From the NCBI GenBank assembly GCA_963666215.2, contig CAXWPL010000004.1:576001-640000 (forward strand): 64,000 bases of DNA, read 5' to 3'. The position numbers and the translations under genes are program-made. Below are positions 31,260 to 45,268 of this stretch, one piece after another. The stretch's first letter is position 1. Each line of letters starts with the position of its first letter. This DNA is from Acidobacteriota bacterium. Lineage in GTDB: Bacteria > Acidobacteriota > UBA890 > WLXD01. The notes under the pieces are model-generated. The model saw only the letters and a list, made by a program, of their open reading frames with translations. It had not been told where the DNA came from and searched no databases.

Positions 31260-32405
31260 TCAGCTGCCTTCCCCGGCAACAACCACCTCGGCTCCAGGCT
31301 GGATCTCGGGGCGATCGAGGCTGGTGACGATCCGATCGCCCGGCTGTAGGCCGCCAAGGATCTCGGTGAAGTCCCAGTTGCGCACCCCAACCTCGACCTC
31401 GCGCCGCACCAGCAGTCCGCCCTCAACCAGCAGGACCGCCTGTCCTTCAATCAGAGTCGCGGTGGGAATGCGAAGAACTTCCTCGCGGATGTCCAGAATC
31501 ACCTCGACGTCGGCTGAAGTGCCCGGAAGCAACGATCCCGCGAGCTCCTGGTCGTCGAGATCAACCTCGATCTCGACTGTCCGGTTCTGCGCCTCGACGT
31601 CGAGAACGTAGGGCGCCACGCGCGCCACCGAACCCGAGAACGACTGGCCGGCATGCGAATCGACGGTGACTCGAACCGCCTGCCGCAGGGCAACCTTGGC
31701 GGAATCGACCTCGTCCATCGGCGCCGAAATGTAGTTGGCGCGCGGATCGATGAGCTCGATGACGGGCGGCACCGGCAACGCCGGAGGAGAAGGAGTGGTC
31801 CACTCGCCGAGCTCGATCGAAAGTTCGGCAACGATGCCGTCGAAAGGCGCCTTCAGGACAGTCTTGCGAAACTCGGTCTCGATCACCGCGATCGCTGCGC
31901 GCGAGCTCTCAACCGCCGCCGCCGCCGCCTCGCATCCCGCCGTGGCCGTGGCCTGTTCGCTACGCAACTGGTCGAGCAGCCGCTGCGACACGATCTGACG
32001 CTCGGCCAGAGCCTCGTGTCGCACCAGCTCGCGCCCGGCCTGCTCCGCCGCCAGGCACGACTGTCGGTGTTGAGCCTCCGACGTGGTCAGGTCGCGGCGC
32101 GCTTTTACGAGCTGGGCGCGCTGCGCGGAGTCGTCGAGACGCAGGACAACCGCGCCCTGGGATACCTGGTCGCCCTCGCGGAACGGCAACTCGACAACAC
32201 GCCCACCGGTTTCGGGCGATAGCCGCGCGCGCCGCCGCGTTCGCACGGTGCCGGCCTTGGAGTTGGTGACCGTCGACTCGACGATGCCGCGACCGACAGA
32301 GATGACGTCGACTTCCACTGGCTGCGGCGTCAGCCAGGTCACCCGGACTGCGTAGGCGGCAGCCGCGAGCAACAGCAAGATGGCGATCCGTTTGACCCAC
32401 TTCAT
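31260..32405 (-). CDS. Periplasmic adaptor (MacA/HlyD-type MFP)
   Basis: GRVVELPFREGDQV, coiled coil, LKAPFDGIV, LLPGTSADV. Confidence 0.9.
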   Translation of the reverse strand: MKWVKRIAILLLLAAAAYAVRVTWLTPQPVEVDVISVGRGIVESTVTNSKAGTVRTRRRARLSPETGGRVVELPFREGDQVSQGAVVLRLDDSAQRAQLVKARRDLTTSEAQHRQSCLAAEQAGRELVRHEALAERQIVSQRLLDQLRSEQATATAGCEAAAAAVESSRAAIAVIETEFRKTVLKAPFDGIVAELSIELGEWTTPSPPALPVPPVIELIDPRANYISAPMDEVDSAKVALRQAVRVTVDSHAGQSFSGSVARVAPYVLDVEAQNRTVEIEVDLDDQELAGSLLPGTSADVEVILDIREEVLRIPTATLIEGQAVLLVEGGLLVRREVEVGVRNWDFTEILGGLQPGDRIVTSLDRPEIQPGAEVVVAGEGS

Positions 32406-32484
32406 AAATCGGACCCTAGCATCTAGATGACGCCGGGTCACGACGCTCAGCCGCGGTCATGCAGTCGATCAGCGCCGCCTCGAT

Positions 32485-35157
32485 CTACTCACGCAACAGT
32501 GCCACCGGACTCCAGCGCATTGCCCGCATGGCCGGCAGCCATGACGCCGCCACGGCGACCGATGCCAGCACCAGGCCGACCGAGACGAGTGTGACCGGAT
32601 CGAACGGCGAGGTGGCGAACAGAACACCGGCCAGGACGCGCGACAGCAGCAGGGCACTGACCGTTCCCAGAGCCACTCCAGCGGCGGCGAGCCTCAGGCC
32701 CTCGGCGAGGATTCCCGACCGAATCTCGGTGGGCCGCGCCCCGAGCGCCAGGCGAATGCCGATGTCGCGCCGCCGTAGCCCGACGTTGTACGCAATCAGT
32801 CCGTAGGTCCCGACCCCCGCCAGCAGCAACGCGCCGAAGGAGAATGCACCAAGCAACGAGGCCAGGAGCCGCGGCGTTGCGAGCGCCTGCGAGCGCACCT
32901 CGAGCATGGGACGGACGTTCCAAAGCGCCAAGTTCGGGTCGAGCTCGGCGACGGCTGCACGCATCACGCTCTCGACTTCGGAGAACGGAGCACGCGAACG
33001 CAGAGCCAGCGTCAGCGAGTCGGCTGGTCCACCGTCGTTCCAGAACTCGAACTGGGCGTGGGCCAAGTACATCTGCGGCTTCGGGGTCGACGTCAGACCC
33101 TCATGGACCACGTCAGCGACGATCCCGACTACCTGCACCCAGCCAGGCGCGGCGCCTCCTCCTAGCAAGAAGCGCTGGCCAACAGGATCTTCGTCGGGCC
33201 AGAAACGCAACGCCGTCGATTCGCTGATCACGACTACACCTACGGCGTCCTTCCGATCAGCTGCGGTAATCAGACGACCGCTCCGCAGGGGCACGTGCAT
33301 GGCTTCAAGATAGCCCGGCGTGACGACTTGCCAATCGGCGGCCGGCGAACGCTCGCCTTCGGGAACCTCACGCCCCTCGATGCGGAAGTTAAGGTCGCCG
33401 AGCCCGGTGGACAACGGAAGGTTGGTAACCGCGCCGACCTGCTCCACCACCGGCGACGATGCCAACGACTCGATCAGGCTGCGGAAGAACAGCACGACGT
33501 CGGCGCTCTCCGAATACGAGGCGAACGGTAGCGACACCCGCGCGGTCGTAATCCCGTCGGAATCGAAGCCCGTATCAACACCGGCGATTCGCGCGAAGCT
33601 CTTGGCAACCAGCCCGGCACAAACCAGCAGGGTCACGGCGAGGGCCACCTCCGCTACGACGAGGCTGCGACGCACCGCGTTGGCCAGGTGCGAGCCTGAG
33701 GCGCCCCGGCTCTCGCTCTGAAGCGAGCGCGCGAGCTGGTTTGGAGTCGACCGAGCCGCCGGCATGAGGCCGAAGACCAGAGCGATGGCGAACGACAGCC
33801 CGGCGCCGAAAGCAATGACCACCGGGTCGATCTGCACTGTGTCGAGTCGCGGCAGGGCGGCTGGCTGCAATGCGACGATTGCGCGCGTTGTCCAGCCCGC
33901 CAGAAAGGTCCCGGCCACGCCCCCTGCGCCCGCCAACAACAGGCTCTCGGCCAAGGCGAGCGTCAACAAGCGTCCTTTCCCCGCACCCAACGCAACGCGA
34001 AGCGCGCGGTCGCGCCGACGGTGTTCGTTTCGCGAAAGGATCAAGCCGGCGACGTTGGCGATCGTGATCAGGAGAACGAAACCTACGGCCGTTGCCATTA
34101 AGGCGAGCGCCGGGCGAGCCGGCGCGACCACGCGCTCCCCGGCATGTTCGGTGCGCAGTCGCAGGCCCTTCGGGGTGTCGTCGGGGAAAGTGCGAACCAT
34201 CCACTCGCCGAGAGCCTCAACCTCCTCGGCAGCCGCCGACGCCTCGGCGCCGACGGCCAAGCGGGCCACGACACCCAGATAGTGACTGCCGCGATCGTGC
34301 ACTTCTTCGACGTCGATGTTGAAGACGCTGTAGATGTCGCGGTCGCTTCCAAAGAGCAGGTCGGGTGGCAACTTGAAGTCGGCCGGCAACACACCACCAA
34401 CGCGGGCTCCATTGCCGTTGAGCTGCAAGATTGCGCCCACTGCGGTGGGGTCAGATCCGAGCTCGCCGCGCCAGAAATCGTCGCTCACCAGAACGGTGCG
34501 CTCAGTACTCTCGACGTCGTCGACTGTGAACCCCCGGCCGAGAGTGGGCTCGATGCCGAAGGCCGCCAACGTCTCGGGAGTCACGAAGGCGGTTGCAATA
34601 CGCCGAGCGTCACCCCGTTCGGTCAGCGTCAACGAGCCGAACGCGTAGGCGCCAACGTGCGAGAAGCTCTTCAGGTGGCTGCGGAAGTCCAGGTACTCGG
34701 CCGGTGAGACACCACCGTCGTCCTGGTCGGTCCACGTGGTCAAGATTCGCAGCACCCGCTCCGGCTCGCCGTAGGGCAAGGGCTGCAGCAGAACAGCTCG
34801 AACCACCGAGAAGATGGCGGTGTTGGCACCGATCCCCAGGGCCAGCGTCACGATCGCGGTGGCCGTGAAGACCGGCGCATGCGCCAGCGAGCGGAAAGCC
34901 GACCGAGTGTCGGAGACAAGGCGCTCGATCCCGGCGCCCCAACGCTGCTCGCGGGCAACCTGCCGGTAGCGTTCCACGCCGCCGAACTCCAGCCGTGCCT
35001 GGCGACTTGCTTCGGCAGGCTCGACCCCCTCGGCGACGAGCTCCCGACTTCGGCGCTCGAGGTGATACTCCATCTCTTGACGAATGTCGCGCTCGACGTC
35101 GCTGCGCCGAGTCACTCCACGGATCCGTGCTACCCATCGGTGCAGTTGTCCAGACAT
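32485..35157 (-). CDS. ADOP-type duplicated ABC transporter permease
   Basis: ARLEFGGVE permease prefix, LALGIGANTAIFSVV, duplicated MacB/FtsX units. Confidence 0.9.
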   Translation of the reverse strand: MSGQLHRWVARIRGVTRRSDVERDIRQEMEYHLERRSRELVAEGVEPAEASRQARLEFGGVERYRQVAREQRWGAGIERLVSDTRSAFRSLAHAPVFTATAIVTLALGIGANTAIFSVVRAVLLQPLPYGEPERVLRILTTWTDQDDGGVSPAEYLDFRSHLKSFSHVGAYAFGSLTLTERGDARRIATAFVTPETLAAFGIEPTLGRGFTVDDVESTERTVLVSDDFWRGELGSDPTAVGAILQLNGNGARVGGVLPADFKLPPDLLFGSDRDIYSVFNIDVEEVHDRGSHYLGVVARLAVGAEASAAAEEVEALGEWMVRTFPDDTPKGLRLRTEHAGERVVAPARPALALMATAVGFVLLITIANVAGLILSRNEHRRRDRALRVALGAGKGRLLTLALAESLLLAGAGGVAGTFLAGWTTRAIVALQPAALPRLDTVQIDPVVIAFGAGLSFAIALVFGLMPAARSTPNQLARSLQSESRGASGSHLANAVRRSLVVAEVALAVTLLVCAGLVAKSFARIAGVDTGFDSDGITTARVSLPFASYSESADVVLFFRSLIESLASSPVVEQVGAVTNLPLSTGLGDLNFRIEGREVPEGERSPAADWQVVTPGYLEAMHVPLRSGRLITAADRKDAVGVVVISESTALRFWPDEDPVGQRFLLGGGAAPGWVQVVGIVADVVHEGLTSTPKPQMYLAHAQFEFWNDGGPADSLTLALRSRAPFSEVESVMRAAVAELDPNLALWNVRPMLEVRSQALATPRLLASLLGAFSFGALLLAGVGTYGLIAYNVGLRRRDIGIRLALGARPTEIRSGILAEGLRLAAAGVALGTVSALLLSRVLAGVLFATSPFDPVTLVSVGLVLASVAVAASWLPAMRAMRWSPVALLRE

Positions 35158-35159
35158 CG

Positions 35160-35492
35160 TCAGTTCTCCCCGAGCACCAGATCGACTGCAGCCGAGAGCT
35201 GCCGCCAGCTCGCCCGCTCGAGCTCGAGCTGCCGCCGCCCAGCGGCAGTGAGTGTGTAGATCCGCACCGGCCGTCCTTCATCTGAGGTCCCGCTCTTCGA
35301 GCGGATCCAGCCGCGGTCCTGCAGCCGGTAGAGCGCCGGATACAGCGAGCCCTGCTGGACGCTCAGAACTTCGCGCGAAGACTCGCGAATCCGCCGGCTC
35401 ACTTCCCAGCCGTGCGCCGACCCCGAATCGAGCGTGCGAAGGATCAACAGATCCAGAGTTCCCTGGAGGATGTCCGGTTTTGATTTGGCCAT
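35160..35492 (-). CDS. PadR-family regulator (acidobacterial ADOP-associated type)
   Basis: LQGTLDLLILRTL, HGW, QGSLYPALYRL, YTLTAAGRRQL. Confidence 0.92.
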   Translation of the reverse strand: MAKSKPDILQGTLDLLILRTLDSGSAHGWEVSRRIRESSREVLSVQQGSLYPALYRLQDRGWIRSKSGTSDEGRPVRIYTLTAAGRRQLELERASWRQLSAAVDLVLGEN

Positions 35493-35521
35493 GGGTACGG
35501 GTTCTCGCTCGTGGACACTAT

Positions 35522-35566
35522 GACGTTCGACACTTGACGGTTGTCAGTGTACATAGACGTTCGACA
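35522..35566. promoter_or_regulatory. Candidate PadR operators
   Basis: 11-bp direct repeat GACGTTCGACA at 35522-35532 and 35556-35566, upstream of padR. Confidence 0.5.
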
Positions 35567-35584
35567 ATACAAAAGCGTTTGAAA

Positions 35585-35851
35585 GGCGCCGCGTCGTTCA
35601 ACGTCTACGGCATCGTCACGCTGATCGGCGACGTGATCTACTCGGCCTGGATCTTCAGGCGCAAGGGCATCACGGCGCACCGGGCTGCAGGCAACGTTCT
35701 GATTGCCGCAGGCGCGATTGTCGGCGGTGGCGCCAGTGCCTTCAGCCGCTGGGGCATGCTGAGCTACCTCTACTTGGCCGAGCTCTGCTCGCTGCTTCTC
35801 GTCTTCGCAGGCTTCCTGGCGGCCACCGGGTTCTTCCTCCGCGAGGAGTAG
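35585..35851 (+). pseudogene. C-terminal fragment of a membrane protein
   Basis: Three hydrophobic segments (NVYGIVTLIG..., GNVLIAAGA..., LLLVFAGFL); no good start codon. Confidence 0.45.
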
Positions 35852-36203
35852 GTCACGGCTCTGCCTCTCACGATCCGGTGGACGTTTCGGTCTCGTTCAG
35901 CTCTGCGTCTTCGTCTGCGTCTTTCGTGGAGAACACCGGTCGCTCCAGGTCGCCGGCGTTCGCCATCCAGGCCTCGTGGCCGGCTCGCACCAGCACCTTG
36001 CCGTGACGCGGAATTCGGTGCCTCGCGGCCGGGCTGCAATCGGATCTGGTGCAGACCGACCTGCGACAGGCCAGTAGTCCCGGTTAACGATCGGTAGTAG
36101 CCACCGGATTTCGGGTTGAGGGATGGTGGAACTTCCCTTCGTCGATGGCCTCGATGTCCTCCCCGGAGAGGACGTACGGACTACCAGAGCTCACGGAATC
36201 CGC

Positions 36204-37538
36204 CTACTCCTCGCCGACGCGCTGCGCGCTCGAAACGTCGGGCTGACCCCACTGGGCGCCGTTCCAGCCGTTGAAGCCCTCCATCCGGAAGGCCCAGAAA
36301 CCGGTGGTCATATCGCTGATGACGATGAGCCCGTCGGCGTTGCGCACGTCAACGCCCCAGGCACCGTCGAACAGCAAGCCGTCCTCATCTTCCGGGTTCG
36401 GGCCGAGGAACGTGTCGTAATACGCCACCGTCACCGGGTTCTCCGGGTCCATCAGGCTGAATACCTGCAGACCGTCGACATAGCCGGAGACGAAGACGAA
36501 CGGCCAGCGCACCTCGTGGTTGTGAACCAGATGGCGCCAGTCCGCGGTCCAGGCGGAGATCGGCCGGCGGATGTTCTGCACCTCACCGTCGAGCGCCGGC
36601 TTGAGATCGAAAATGCGCAGCGGCGCGTACTGGTACTCGGTCTCGGCGATCACGTAGCGGCCATCGGGCGACGGCGTGAACGTGTGGCCGTACTCGACGC
36701 CCGAGATGCCCGTGAGCGAAACCATCAGCTGCGGGCTCTCGAGATTCGTCACGTCGTAGACGTAGTAGCCGTCGGTGCCGCCGCCGTAGAAGCGATCGGT
36801 CTGGGTGTCGGGGTGAAAGCCGGCGTACATGTCGTGGTAGCCGCGGAACCCGCGCGCGCCATCCGGCCCGTCGCCGACGGGAATCGTCGACACCAGCGCT
36901 TCGTCCATGGCCCCGGCGATGACGTTGCCGAGATCGTAGACGTGGGCGCCCGGGCCGCGAACGGTGGTGAACAGCAGCGGCCGGCCATTGCTGTGCTGGT
37001 AGATGAAGATGTTGTGGAAGCCGCCCGGCAGATCGGGCTCGCGGATGCGGGCCACCTCTTCGATCTTCTCCGGCAGGTCGGTGACATCGAAGATGATCCC
37101 TCCGAGATCGGGATTCGGACCACCCTGCCCGAACTGCACCGACAGCAGCACGTAGTAGCGCTCCTGCCAGGTGAAGTACTTGATGTCCTTGCCGCCGGCG
37201 CCCGCGTGCAGATCCTGATCCTCGATACGCCAGGCGTGGATGACCTTCGGATTGGCTGGATCGTGCAGATCGATCACGTCCATACCCTTCTCACCGTACT
37301 CACCGAATATCTCTCGTGCCACGTAGGCGTACGGACGCTCCATCTCCTGCTCGATCTCGATGTCGGCAACGCTCAGCGGCGCACCAAGCGGCAAGTGCGA
37401 AACGACGGTGATGTTGTCGCTCCCCGGCTTCTCGGGCGTCCACTGCTGGGCGCCAGCGATTCGAGCACCGGGAGCACCGGGAGCACCGGCAAGAACAATG
37501 AGTGCGGTCAGGCAAAAGGCGATGGTTCGACGTGACAT
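36204..37538 (-). CDS. Secreted LVIVD-repeat / beta-propeller protein
   Basis: Signal peptide; repeated DVIDLHDPANP, IFDVTDLP, VYDVTNLESP, VFSLMDPENP; His motifs HNIF, HDM, HTF, HNHEV. Confidence 0.7.
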   Translation of the reverse strand: MSRRTIAFCLTALIVLAGAPGAPGARIAGAQQWTPEKPGSDNITVVSHLPLGAPLSVADIEIEQEMERPYAYVAREIFGEYGEKGMDVIDLHDPANPKVIHAWRIEDQDLHAGAGGKDIKYFTWQERYYVLLSVQFGQGGPNPDLGGIIFDVTDLPEKIEEVARIREPDLPGGFHNIFIYQHSNGRPLLFTTVRGPGAHVYDLGNVIAGAMDEALVSTIPVGDGPDGARGFRGYHDMYAGFHPDTQTDRFYGGGTDGYYVYDVTNLESPQLMVSLTGISGVEYGHTFTPSPDGRYVIAETEYQYAPLRIFDLKPALDGEVQNIRRPISAWTADWRHLVHNHEVRWPFVFVSGYVDGLQVFSLMDPENPVTVAYYDTFLGPNPEDEDGLLFDGAWGVDVRNADGLIVISDMTTGFWAFRMEGFNGWNGAQWGQPDVSSAQRVGEE

Positions 37539-38038
37539 CGACGAGATTCTCCGGGTTTGGTGAGGAAGACAAGTCGGTTCGCGGACCCGACGATATGCTG
37601 CTCGTCGCCCTCGCGTCGAGGGGCTGATTCGCCTGTTCCGCTCAGCGATGCGCGGTGGAGGGCCCTCGATCCGACGATCGGCTCACGTCGCTCGCCAAAT
37701 CGCGGACAATGTGCCCCCCTTCTGATGAGTTTCTGGTACCCCGCATTCGAGCCTCGCCGGTCGTGCGATCGGTCGCAGATGGTTCGCCGAGCTGGAGAAG
37801 CAACACATGAGCAAAGCCAAGGTCGCCGGTCGATCACCCATGCAGGTAGAGCTCGAGCAGGGGGAGCATCACTGGTGACTGCTCGCCCCACGCTGACGGT
37901 TCTTTACGAATCCCGACCGTGTTCTGACGACCGCCGAGCCAGCGGCTCGGTCTGAATGTCTAGACAACCCATTGCCAGAGCGGGCTGCCCGCGCATTCAA
38001 TTCGCGGTGAACCTGCCCGCTCGGAGCTCAGGAGACGA

Positions 38039-38764
38039 TTGATGCCCCGCACAACCGCCAACGCGCACCTCATACCCATGGCTCCCGGCACCTGGCCGCG
38101 GTGGGTTGCCTGCGTCGCAACCGCCGGCGTGATCGGCCTCGCGCCGGCGCTTGCAGCTGCGTCATCGCCCATTAACTCCTCGAGCGTTGTGCCAGAACAA
38201 CCGCCGCGGTCGCAGGAGTCCGGGTTCAACGAACACTGGGTCCTGAATCAGGAGCTCAGCGAAAACCCGCAGGAGAAGATCCAGCAAGCCATGCAGGCGG
38301 CCCGTGGCAGCGGCGGCCGTAGTCGCCCGCCCGGCGGGGGTCGTGGTGGCAGCGGTGGCCCGCCCGCCGGTGGAGCGCGCGGCGGCGGCGGCGCGGGCGG
38401 AACGGGCCGACCTGGTGGTCGCCCCGGCGGCAGAGGCCCGGAAATGGCCGGGATCTTCGGCGGCTCTGAGGAGCTGGTGATCGTCCACGCGGGCAACGCC
38501 TTCACGATCCGCTACAAGGACGGACGGGAGCGTGCGCTCGAGATCGGTGAGCGCGAGTCCGCCGAGGCTGCCGGTGCCGACGGTGCCGCCTACTGGGACG
38601 CCAACACACTGGTGGCACGATCCGAACCCCAGGAAGGCCGCGTGGTTGTCGAGCGCTACGAGCTCGTCGAAGGAGCTGCCCGACTGGTGATCAACATCGA
38701 ACTGCCGTTGCCGATGGGCGGCGACGCGATCTCCATCCGGCGCGTCTACGACGCGGCGGAATAG
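38039..38764 (+). CDS. Secreted hypothetical protein with Gly-rich linker
   Basis: Hydrophobic N-terminus, FNEHWVLNQELSE, Gly/Arg-rich stretch, RRVYD C-terminus. Confidence 0.6.
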   Translation: MMPRTTANAHLIPMAPGTWPRWVACVATAGVIGLAPALAAASSPINSSSVVPEQPPRSQESGFNEHWVLNQELSENPQEKIQQAMQAARGSGGRSRPPGGGRGGSGGPPAGGARGGGGAGGTGRPGGRPGGRGPEMAGIFGGSEELVIVHAGNAFTIRYKDGRERALEIGERESAEAAGADGAAYWDANTLVARSEPQEGRVVVERYELVEGAARLVINIELPLPMGGDAISIRRVYDAAE

Positions 38765-38926
38765 CCAGGTAGCCACCAGCGAGTCCGCCCGCAACACGTA
38801 GCGAGCCAACACGCAGCGGGCGCCGCGGTCACGCGTCAAGAGAAACAACCCGCCGTCGGGCTGTGGCCCGGCGGCAGAACCGCACACGCAAGAGCCCCGC
38901 GACGCGCTGCGTTATCCTCGCGCTCC

Positions 38927-42166
<3,240 letters not shown>

Positions 42167-42408
42167 CTCCCTTCATTTCGCTGCCCTGCCGGGCAGATCA
42201 GCGAGCTCGCCGACTGCCTCGAGCCTCGCGGATACCGGCACCCGAGCGCCTCGAGGTTTCTCTCTGCCGCCCCGCTGGCCGGCGACGGCAATGGATGCTG
42301 ATGATCACTTTTGGCTTCTTACGCCTATTTATGCATGCTTGAATCCATTAAATCGCTTTCCTGAACCCTACAGGCCACTACAGTCCGTTCTCGAGCTGGG
42401 AAATCCCT

Positions 42409-43185
42409 ATGAGCGCTGAGCCCGTCCCCGTTGGTCCAGTCGAGGGACCTGGCCCGTCCACGCCCGCCGACGAGGCGGCGAGAGAGCCGGCCGAGGTTCA
42501 CGCCATCGAGGACCATCTGCCCGACACTGTGATTTCAGCGGCCGATCGCCGCCAGTACCTTGCCGTTCTTGCGCTGCTCGGCGCCTCGTTCATGCTCTTC
42601 CAGATCGGCGTGCTGCGGGAGCTGCGCTTCCAGCTCAGCAGCATCTTCACGCTCACGCCGTTCCTGTTCAGCAGCGTGGTCGTTCTGATTGGCCTCGGGT
42701 CGCTGGCCGCGAAACGCCTCGAGATGTCCACCCAGACGTTGCTGCGCCGCACGGTGGCTGCTCTGCCCGTGGCCGTCTTGCCGCTGTTTGCGATGACGAT
42801 CCTGGTCGCCCAGGCGACGATCAGCCACTCCTCGTCGGCGTTCGACTACAGCCAGGCAACCGGAAGCCAAGAGCAGTACATGAACTCTGTGGTGTTCGCC
42901 TTCCTGGCGGTCGCCGTCGTCGGCTATGGCGTCGTGTTCTTCCTGCAAGGGCTTGTCTTCGCCGTTTACTTCCGCGAGGGGCGCCGGACCGGGCTTATCA
43001 CGCGGTTCGAGCAGATTGCCCAGTGGAGCGACGAGGACGCCGACGAGTTCGCCGCCCAGCTGGGCCGATTCCGTGGCCGCGTGAGGCGCGATAGCTGGGT
43101 GACTGAGGCTCAGCGGTTGGTCGCCGAGAAAGCTGGCTCGGAGGAGCAGCCCACGACGGACACATCAGCCAGCGGCCGCACCTGA
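42409..43185 (+). pseudogene. Apparent fusion of a membrane protein N-terminus to the C-terminus of a helix-hairpin-helix-type domain
   Basis: Four TM segments, then GLITRFEQIAQWSDEDADEFAAQLGRFRGRVRRDSWVTEAQRL, resembling NuoE/RplU-extension domains without their DDLxxIxGIGP start. Confidence 0.5.
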
Positions 43186-43340
43186 CCGCTCCCGACCAGC
43201 CCGCTCGATTCTCCCGCCGTGAGGCTGCGAAAGGCGTCCGTATACTCCGACCTCTGACCTCCACTTGCCGCCCGGCGGAGCCGTAAGCCACCGCTTGAAG
43301 TGACAAGGAACCACGTCTCGGAGTCTCTCGGGGTCGTTCT

Positions 43341-44228
43341 ATGCAGGTGATCATGGCCGTCGGCGCGGCGCTGATGTTGGGCGCGTTACACGGCTGGCTG
43401 CTCGGCAAGCAAGCCGGACGCACGGAGTCTGAGCTGGCTGCCGACGACTACCAGAGCTTGGTCGAGGCTCGCGATCGCCGTATTGCCAAGCTGCACGTCA
43501 AGGCCGAGGACAGCGCAGCGCGATGTGATCTGCTGCAGCAGGGAATCGCCGAGCGCGCTGAGTCGGTCGAGACTCTCACCGCACGCGTGGCGGCCCAGGC
43601 CGATCGCATCGATCGCGCGAACCGCGACGCTATCAACATGCGCGCGCGCTTTGATGACCAGCTCAGCCAGCGCGACGGACGCATTGAGCAACTCCGCGAG
43701 TTACATGCTAACGCTGCTTCGCTGGCGAGCTCGCTCGGCGAGAGTCTGCGCAACCTCGAAGCCCACAGCGCCAATCAGCAACGGCAGCTCGAAACCACGG
43801 CAGCCGAGCTCGCCGACTGTCGTCGCGAGCTCCACGGCACCACCAACGAGCTGCTCTCTCTGTGGTCGCGCTCCGAGAAGGCCCTCGTGCAGGCGGCCGA
43901 GAGCGAAGACGCCATGCGGGTGCGCGATCAGCGAATCGCGGCACTGGAGGAACTGGCTACTCGTTACAACGCGCGTATCAGCGGCCTCACCAACGCCCTG
44001 CGTGAGGAACGCGACCGGCAGCGCACGAGAATTGGCCTTCGAGACGCTGAAATCGAGCGTTACCGACGCGCCGCGGGTCGATTGAGCCCTGATGCGGTCG
44101 ACGACCCCAGGAGCATCGCGAGCTCGTATGCCTCTTCCTCGTCTTCTGCGTCGGCGGCCGCCATCGACACGCCGGCAACGACCTACATTCCCAGCGAACC
44201 GCGCTCGAGCTCCCAGGCCTCGCGATAG
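43341..44228 (+). CDS. Membrane-anchored coiled-coil protein, probably 3'-truncated
   Basis: N-terminal TM, heptad-rich body; 46-bp overlap with the convergent nagB end. Confidence 0.55.
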   Translation: MQVIMAVGAALMLGALHGWLLGKQAGRTESELAADDYQSLVEARDRRIAKLHVKAEDSAARCDLLQQGIAERAESVETLTARVAAQADRIDRANRDAINMRARFDDQLSQRDGRIEQLRELHANAASLASSLGESLRNLEAHSANQQRQLETTAAELADCRRELHGTTNELLSLWSRSEKALVQAAESEDAMRVRDQRIAALEELATRYNARISGLTNALREERDRQRTRIGLRDAEIERYRRAAGRLSPDAVDDPRSIASSYASSSSSASAAAIDTPATTYIPSEPRSSSQASR

Positions 44229-44965
44229 GCCGTAGCATCTCGAAGTGCTACCGCCGCGGACTCGTCTACGAGCACGGTTACGTTGGGGTGGTTTTGCAGC
44301 GCTGACGCCGGCACGTGAGCTGTGAGCGGCCCCTCAACGATTTGCGCGACCACCTGCGCCTTGCTCGCACCGAAGGCCAGTAGCAGGCATGCGCGCGCGT
44401 CGAGAAAATCGGCGACTCCGAGCGTCACCGCATGGGTCGGAACGGCGTCAGCACTGCCAAACACCTCGACCAAGTACGGTCGTCGAGCCAGCGAGACGGG
44501 GACCACGCGCATCCGAGAGCGCAACGAGGAGCCCGGGTCGTTGGAAGCGAGGTGGCCATCGTCACCCACGCCGGCGACGAACAGGTCCACACCGCCCGCG
44601 TGCTCCAGCGAGCGCTGGAAGCGAGCGATCATGTGCTCCGACGATCCGGCATTGCCATCTGGTAGATGCCGTCGTCGCTCGGCAATTGGCACATGGTCGA
44701 AGAACATCCGGCGCAGATGACGGGCAGCGGCCGAAGGATGCTCGGGATCAAGACCGACGAACGCGTCGGCCATCACAACCGACACGCGCTCGAAGTCAAC
44801 GCGGCCCGCGCGATGCGCCTCGACGAGCAACTCGTACCAGCGGCGTGGGGTACTTCCCGTGGGCAATCCCACAACCGCGCCCGGCTGACGAGCGATCAAG
44901 CTCACCAGGATGTCGGCAGCAAGTCTGCTAGCAGCTTCGGGGTCGGGCTGGATGATGACTCGCAT
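44183..44965 (-). CDS. nagB: Glucosamine-6-phosphate deaminase-like protein
   Basis: MRVII, VGLPTGSTP, GGVDLFVAGVGDDGHLASNDPGSS, EGPLTAHVPASALQNH. Confidence 0.8.
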   Translation of the reverse strand: MRVIIQPDPEAASRLAADILVSLIARQPGAVVGLPTGSTPRRWYELLVEAHRAGRVDFERVSVVMADAFVGLDPEHPSAAARHLRRMFFDHVPIAERRRHLPDGNAGSSEHMIARFQRSLEHAGGVDLFVAGVGDDGHLASNDPGSSLRSRMRVVPVSLARRPYLVEVFGSADAVPTHAVTLGVADFLDARACLLLAFGASKAQVVAQIVEGPLTAHVPASALQNHPNVTVLVDESAAVALRDATAYREAWELERGSLGM

Positions 44966-45268
44966 GAGAACGCCAGGATCTAGATTCTTGAGTGAGGAAC
45001 CGTCGGGTAGATAGCCTCGATCCCCGCACCTCACGCCGCCGATAACTCGGCAGACGCATCGCGACTGCCAACGAGCGCAGGGCCAGCGGGGTACGCAGAT
45101 CGGCGGATCGGCGCATCAGCAGGTCGCCAGCGAGCCGGCACCACCATATCGCCGGACTGGCGCGTTTGCACGGCGGGGGCGACACTCTGCCGCACGAACG
45201 CCCGACGCTTCGCACGCACCGCGAGCGGCGCGATCGCGACAACGTTTCTGAGCAATCCCGGAGACCGG

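Noticed and set aside
38765-38926. T-box riboswitch upstream of ileS
   Set aside because: No T-box consensus or terminator/antiterminator recognisable in the short leader.
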